In this document: in pieces, positions 57,538 through 64,000 of the stretch
Position numbering within the stretch: position 1 is the first letter of the stretch
Layout of the letters: every line of letters starts with the position of its first letter
Origin: the human T2T-CHM13v2.0 reference genome, Homo sapiens
DNA: 64,000 nt
Assembly (NCBI RefSeq): GCF_009914755.1
Contig: NC_060933.1
Strand: one strand, 5' to 3'
The notes under the pieces: model-generated
The model's input: the letters and a program-made list of their open reading frames with translations, nothing else
Databases searched by the model: none
Told to the model about the DNA's origin: nothing
Made by a program: the position numbers and the translations under genes

Positions 57538-59365
57538 TGACGGCTGCAGAAGCCCATCTAGAGTGGCCGCTGTGAGGATGCCAGCTGCAGCAGGGGAGGT
57601 GCAGCTGGGGCTGTGTGCTCCATGGAACTGATGGGGGAGGGGAACAGGTGATCCCAGTGGGAGCCCTGCGCCCAACTAAATAGTGAGGTGGGAGCTCCTG
57701 CTCCCAGGCACAGCTGCAGCTGCCCAGCCACGGCTCCAGACCCAGGCATCCCTGTGCTCTCAGAGACCCAGGAAGCCCCCTTCCCCTGCAGGCTCAGAAG
57801 TGCCTCTGCACCCACTCCCTGGCCTCTCCCTGCTCCAAGCACCTGCTCTGTGGTGGAGCAAAGTTGTGGACATGTCCCAATAGCTAAGCCCAGGTGCTGT
57901 TGTGACCTGGTCAGGTGTGCCTGTACTTGGGGGCAGCACTGACATGCTGGTCCCCTGCTGTCTTGGCCCCCTCTGGAAACTGCTTCTGAGGCTAAAACTT
58001 TGGGTGTCAACAAGCACAGGAGGGAGGCTGGGTGTCTGAGATTGGCTTGGCACGTGCCTGGTGTTGACCCTCGGCAAAGACAGCCTGGACACCATGGAGG
58101 GCACATTAATGGCAGCCGGAGGCAGACAGGTTCCTAAGTGGGAAGCTGTGGGTCCCTGGTGAAACCCACCTTCAAGCCAGGGATGACCTGAAGCCTGGGG
58201 GCCAGGATGCCAGTTTTGGGTGGAGTCAGTGACCTGGAGTCAGAACTTCCTTGATGTCTTATGGCCAGTTGAATGGTGCTTTTTCCAGGCCTGTCCATGG
58301 CCACTCACTGACAAAACAGCATGCACTTCTGCCATTCTGAGCCCATAACATCTCCAGACTCAGCCAGATCCAGAGACTTGTGAGGATGACCTGCCTGCAG
58401 ATAGGAGCTACCCACTTCAGGTAACCTCTCTGCTGAGAGCTGTGCTGTCACTTAATAAAGCTCCTCTCCACCATGTTCAACCTCCAGTTGTCCACATAAC
58501 CTCATTCTTCTTGGACATGGGACAAGAACTCAAGATCCACCAAACAGTGGGAGTGAAAAAAGCCATAATATATTTCTGGCCAGCTTGCTAAGTCATGGGC
58601 AGTGACATGCTCCTGGACCACAGGATTGAAGAGTGGTGAACCTTCTGGGGGCTCAGACCTCTGGATTCCCCAAGCCAGAGCTGCTTTAACGTCATAGCCC
58701 TCCTGCCCTCTGCTGGTACCAGGCAGCTTCCCCAAACAGGAAGCAGCAGCGAGGCAAGCCAGCCCAGGATTTGCAGGCCAGAACAAGGTGGCAGGACTGA
58801 AAGAGTTGTAACACAAACGGTCTGAAACACACCTGCTCTGCAACATCCCCCTCACAGCTCGCTATGCTGCGGCGGTGAGGGGAGAAGGGCTGTAAACCTT
58901 CTGGGATCCCCGACCTCAGGGCTCCCCATGTCAGGGCTGTGTCATTCGGTAACACCCTCTTTGGGGTTCTGCGGTTTCTGGCATCTCTACGCTTTCAGGC
59001 GCACTGCATTCCCCTCATCCGGACATTGGTCCTACAGTAGAAGCCTCTTGCAGTACACCTGGTCCAGTCTCAGTCTCTCATGGTGCTGCCACCTGTGCTA
59101 GTGCGTGGAGCTGCCAGCCCTGCTCAAGTAGCCAACATGACTAACTGTGTGCACTGGCAGGACCCCACGCTTGATTGTTTACACACCCTTGCCACTCCAC
59201 ACCTGGCTCACCCTTGGCAGGCATGGGATCTGTGTTGGTAGCACGAGCCAATCAAAGACTGCAAGGCTGAGTGGGTGAAACTAGCCCAGCAGGCATGAGC
59301 AAAACTCAAGCAGAGGTGCTGTTGACCCCAGATGTTTCCAGCTGGCAAAGTGACATCCTGCATCA
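57538..59365 (+). mobile_element. MER52-family ERV1 solo LTR (~1.83 kb)
   Basis: TG...CA termini (tgacggctgcagaagcccatctagagtggccgc ... gctggcaaagtgacatcctgcatca). 4 bp TSD acac/acat. AATAAA at 58454-58459. Abrupt GC-rich block. Confidence 0.82.
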
Positions 59366-59902
59366 ACATCTTATAATCGTTTACTAGGTATAAAAAAGGG
59401 GTAGCAGTGAGCATTTTCATCCAAAGTAGATCTTCATAATTGGAAATAATTTACACTTATACTCTCACTTTATAGATGAGCAATCTCAGATACAGAGATT
59501 GCAAATTGTCAACAGTCACAGAAGAAGTCAGTATTAAAAGAGCCCTACAACTGAATCTCAAGGAACATAAAGAGTTTACTGGAGAAAAATATCATTTCCA
59601 TAGCTATATATGTTCCAACCAAGAATATGTCACTAGGCGTTTTACATTCTTATTTACTTAAGGACATGAAGCCGAAAGTCAGAAGTTAGGACAGACTTAG
59701 AAAATACTGGCAGGGTAGTAAACATATATAGAATGACTGTGTGTTGCTTTGAGTTAGAAGTGATGGGAATAACCTGCCACCTCCATACGTGAATCTAAAT
59801 CCCATGCAGGTGACTACTACTGAGAAAATCTGGCTTCATTTGCTGCATTGAGACAGTGCAAAAAATAAGAGTGTTCATAAACATACATACACAGGAGTTT
59901 AA

Positions 59903-60355
59903 ATTGCAGTACTATTCACAATAGCAAAGATATGGAATCAACCTAAATGCCCATCAATGACAGGTTGGATAAATAAAATGCGATATATATACACCATGGA
60001 ATACTATGCAACCAAAAGAAAGAATGATATCATGTCTTTTGTTGGAACATGGATGGAGTGGAGGATGTTATCCTTAGCAAACTAATGCACGGACATATAC
60101 CCCATGTTCTCACTTCAAAGTGGGAGGTAAATGTTAAGAACTCATGGAAGCAAAGAGGGGAACAACACACTGGAGACTATTTGAGGGTGTAGGGTGGGAG
60201 GAGCAAGAAGGGTACAAAAAAAAATAACTGTTGGGTACGAGGCTTAGTACCTAGGTGATAAAATAATCTGTACAACAAACCTCTGTGACATGAGTTTATC
60301 TATATAACAAACCTGCATATGTACCCCTGAAACTAAAGTAAAAATTAAATAAAAT
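59903..60355 (+). mobile_element. Older L1PA (approx. PA13-16) 3'UTR fragment
   Basis: attgcagtactattcacaatagcaaag...ataatctgtacaacaaacc...aacctgcatatgtacccctgaaactaaag followed by an A-rich tail. Confidence 0.85.
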
Positions 60356-61259
60356 ACTAAAGTGTGGATAAACATCTTAAAAAGAGTATAGAAAGTTGCA
60401 ATAGAGGATCATGGAATATCTTCAAGACATCTCAGATTTTATCATTAAATTTAAAAATTATAAAATGTATGTTCATTCCCACCAAATATATTGCAAAATA
60501 ATAAAATAGATCCCCTAAACTTTTCTCTTCTAAATTTGACAAGGGGACAAAAGAGTATAAGGACTATACTATTTTTAATGAGAGAGAGAAAATAGTCTTG
60601 CTCCTTTGTAGAAATAATTTATAAGAATATGCCACAATAAAGCCTGAAGTATGTGCCTCTATTCTATAGGGGGCACAGGTTCAAAACAAGATATTTGACC
60701 TATTTTCCACTATGAGAACAGGATTTTTTACTTTAATTCCTTAGACATGACAAGTTGATAGGAAAAGCCCGCATTTTGCTAAGATACAGTCATGATGCTA
60801 CGGGAGTTAAATGAACAACTTTACTAAAGTCTTGGTCAATCTGACTTTAGTATTCTGGATTTATGATGTCATGTGTTTAAACTCTCCCTGATAAAATTAT
60901 TAAAGAGATAGACCCTGAGGTCACATAAATTCTTACCCATATCTCACTTGTTTGTCATTCAGGTCATTTCTATGTTTGTTGGAAGGTGAATTAATCACAT
61001 TAGTAATAAAAATTAACAGCACTGAATCATTTTAGTGCATTGAAATGTGGAATGAACAGTAATAATCAAAGAGTAGGAAAACAATAAAATCTGAGTTCTT
61101 ACATAAGAATTTGAGTTGTGAATACCAGGCAAGGCTTTTGTACATATGATTTTTTAAATATTTTGGTTTATGCCTAGATTAAGGTATGTGTGAGTGTTAG
61201 AGAGTCTTATCTCCTTAAGTTTTAATATATCATATTTATCCCAGTTTCTTTTTTTTCTC

Positions 61260-63245
61260 CCTTTTTAAGGAATCACTTTATTAAGATATATTTTACACAC
61301 CATAAAACTCTCCCTTTTAAAGTATACAATTCAGCAGTTTTTTTGTTAACTCACAAAGTTGTGTAACCATCACAACTACTTAATTTTAGAACATTTTTTA
61401 AATCCCCAAAAGAAATCCTATACTTATCAGCAGACAGCCTCTTCTTCTTCCTCAGCTCTTGGCAACCAAATCTATGGATTTCCCTATTCTGGATAATTCA
61501 GGTAAACATAATAATAAAATATGTGGTCTATTGTAACTGGCTTCTTTCAAATAGAATAATGTTTTCCAGATTCATTCATATTACAGCACGTAACAGTACT
61601 TCATTTCTTTTACTTTTGGAAAAATAGCATTGTAAAATCTATACCATATTTAAAAAATTTATTCATCAATTGATGGACATTGTGATTGTTTCTATTTTTT
61701 AGCTGTTATGAATAATGTTCCTCGGAATTTGGGGGCAAGTTTTTATATAGACATATATTTTCATTTTTCTTGTGTACATACCTAAGAGTAGAATTTCCAA
61801 GTCACGTAGTAATGCTGTGTTTAATCATTTGAAGAACTGCTAAACTACATCTGAAGTGTCTGCATCATTTTGCATTCCCACCAGCAATTGATAACAATTC
61901 CAATTCCTCCACATCCTTGACAACACTTAATATCTGACTTTTTGATTCTAGGCATCCTAGTGGGTGAGAAGCAGTACCTTGTGGTTTTGATTTGCCTTTC
62001 TTTGTTAACTAGTGATTTTCATATGCTTTTGACCATTTCTATACCTTTGGAGAGATTTCTATGCAAGTCATTTGCATTTTTTAAATTGGGTTGTCTTTTT
62101 ATGTTTGAGTTGAGCTCTTTATATATTTTAGATGCTAATGTCTTATTGAATATATGATTTCACAACACTTTCTCCCATTCTTTGAATTATGTTTTCACAT
62201 TTTTGATGGCATTATTTAAAGCACAGAAGACTTTAAGTTCAATGAAATTCAATTTATCTATTTTTCTTTGATGTTGTAGTTAAGAACCACTGTGTAACAC
62301 AAGGTCACAAAGATTTACTCCTATGTTTTCTTCTAAGAATTTTATAGTTTTGCCTTTTATATTTAGGCCTGTGATCTATTTTGAGTTATATGTGGTTTGA
62401 GATAGGGATCTGACTTCATTCTTTTACATAAGACTATCCAGTTGTCTCAGCACCATTTGCTGGGAATAAAATATTACTTTCTCCATTGGGTTATCTTGGC
62501 ACCTTTGTCAAAGATCAGTTAGCCATAAACTTATGGCTTTATTTCTGGACATTCAATTCTATTCCATTGATTTATTCGTTAGGCCAATTTTGTCTATGCT
62601 TGTAACAATGCCATACTTCATTGATTCTCATGGTTTTATAGTAAATTTTGAAATCAGAAACTGTGAGTCCTCCTACTTTGTTCTTTTTTAAAGATTTGGC
62701 TATTCTGGGTCCTTGACAATGCCATGTGAATTTTAGAATCAGCTTGTTAGTTTCTACAAAGAAGTGAGCTGGGATTCCGATTGAGATTACATTGAGGTTG
62801 CAGATCAATTTGGGGAATACTGCCATCTTAACAATGTTAAGTCTTCCAATCCATGAATATATTTTTTCCACTCATGTAGATCTTTGGTTTTCCCCATTAA
62901 TTGAAGTTTTCTGAATATCAGTTTTACACCTCTTTGGTTAAGTTTATTCTTAAGTATTTTACTTGATACTGTTTTGAATAGAAGTGTTTTCCTATTTTCA
63001 TATTTGGGCTGTTCATTACGAATGTATAGAAATATCATTGGTTTGTAAAGTATTAATCTTGTATCCTGAAACCTTGCTGAACTGATTAGTTCTGATATAT
63101 ATTTAAGTAGATTCCTTACGATTTTCTACATATACAATTATGTAATCTAGAGATAGAGATTCTTTCCAATGTGGATCCTTTTTATTTCTTTTTCTTTCTC
63201 AATTGCCCTGGCTAGAACCTCCAGTACAACGTTGAATAGAAGTGG
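61260..63245 (-). mobile_element. L1MB-like 3'UTR and ORF2 C-terminal remnant
   Basis: ctttattaagatata...ttttaaagtatacaattcag...gttgtgtaaccatcac 3' end. ORF 62572-62871 (SWIGRLNIVKMAVFPKLI) is L1 ORF2. Confidence 0.82.
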
Positions 63246-63889
63246 CCACCACTTATCACTCCTGGCCAAAATTATTTATGTCTTCTTTTAATAAAAACAT
63301 TAAGATGTTTTTTGTTATTGTTGTAGCTAAATTCATGTGATTGACTTCTAGTTTCAGTACAGTCTTTAGAAAATGTGAATTGTACATTTTTGGGGATCAC
63401 CTTTAAAGTTGTCTCTGTTTCAATGTACCTGTTCTTTTTTAAAGGTTGCATCCAAAGTTTGAGATATATCTTTTATCTTAGGTCAATATTTGAAATAGTC
63501 ATTCAAGGAAACACCACAGTTACAGATTAAATGCTTTTGAGGGTGTTTATAATCTCTCAAAGCTCAACTCAATAAACATAGTGTTCAAGTTGTGTGCTTA
63601 ATAGGCCTTTGCCAGAGTTACGTCACTTGTACTTTCTTTCCCAGAATGGAAATAACCTGATGTACATATGAATATATATTGAGGTAGTAAGGCTTGGATA
63701 GCCTTACTCCCATAATTAAATCCTGTATAGAGCAGCCAACTATATTCAACTGTGAGGTCTTTACTCTATATTAACAGATCCTTAAGTGGATGAAAGAAGG
63801 TCACAGAATGCTTGGAAAGTATTTCTGATCCAGTTGAAGAAAGCATTAGATCAAAATGTGAAGGATGAAGGTGATAAAAATGATAGACA

Positions 63890-64000
63890 ACACTTCTTGC
63901 CTGATATTGTTGTAAGCACTACAAAAGTTGCATGTAATATCTTTACAACTGCTCTTTAAGGTATCCCCATTTACAGTGGAGGAAATGGAGGTACACAGAC
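63890..64000 (-). mobile_element. MIR SINE (runs off the window end)
   Basis: atccccatttacagtggaggaaatggaggtacacaga is the reverse MIR core. Confidence 0.65.

Noticed and set aside
57558-59420. Cluster of overlapping 66-182 aa ORFs
   Set aside because: They are stop-poor frames in a GC-rich LTR with no recognisable domain.

Overview
AT-rich primate (most likely human) non-coding genomic DNA, intronic or intergenic, dominated by interspersed repeats. These include young L1PA insertions with target-site duplications (TSDs), a ~9.5 kb nested L1MA-in-L1MA block, old L1M/L2/MIR remnants, two AluS and one free Alu monomer, MaLR elements (a THE1A provirus with a deleted 5' LTR, three THE1D-like solo LTRs, an MLT1), a ~1.8 kb MER52-type ERV1 LTR, and the DNA transposons MER5, MER6 and MER20. 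All recognisable ORFs in the supplied track are broken L1 ORF1/ORF2 pieces or reading frames through repeats. I found no supportable intact protein-coding gene, RNA gene or CRISPR array, and no evidence for a new multi-gene system. The most notable signals are a ~200 bp L1 insertion at 8235-8466 that combines twin-priming inversion with a 3' transduction, a second clean twin-primed L1, several microhomology-bounded deletions, a near-perfect 24 bp hairpin and a few unassigned candidate micro-exons. Subfamily calls come from my recall of consensus sequences, and boundaries of old repeats are approximate.
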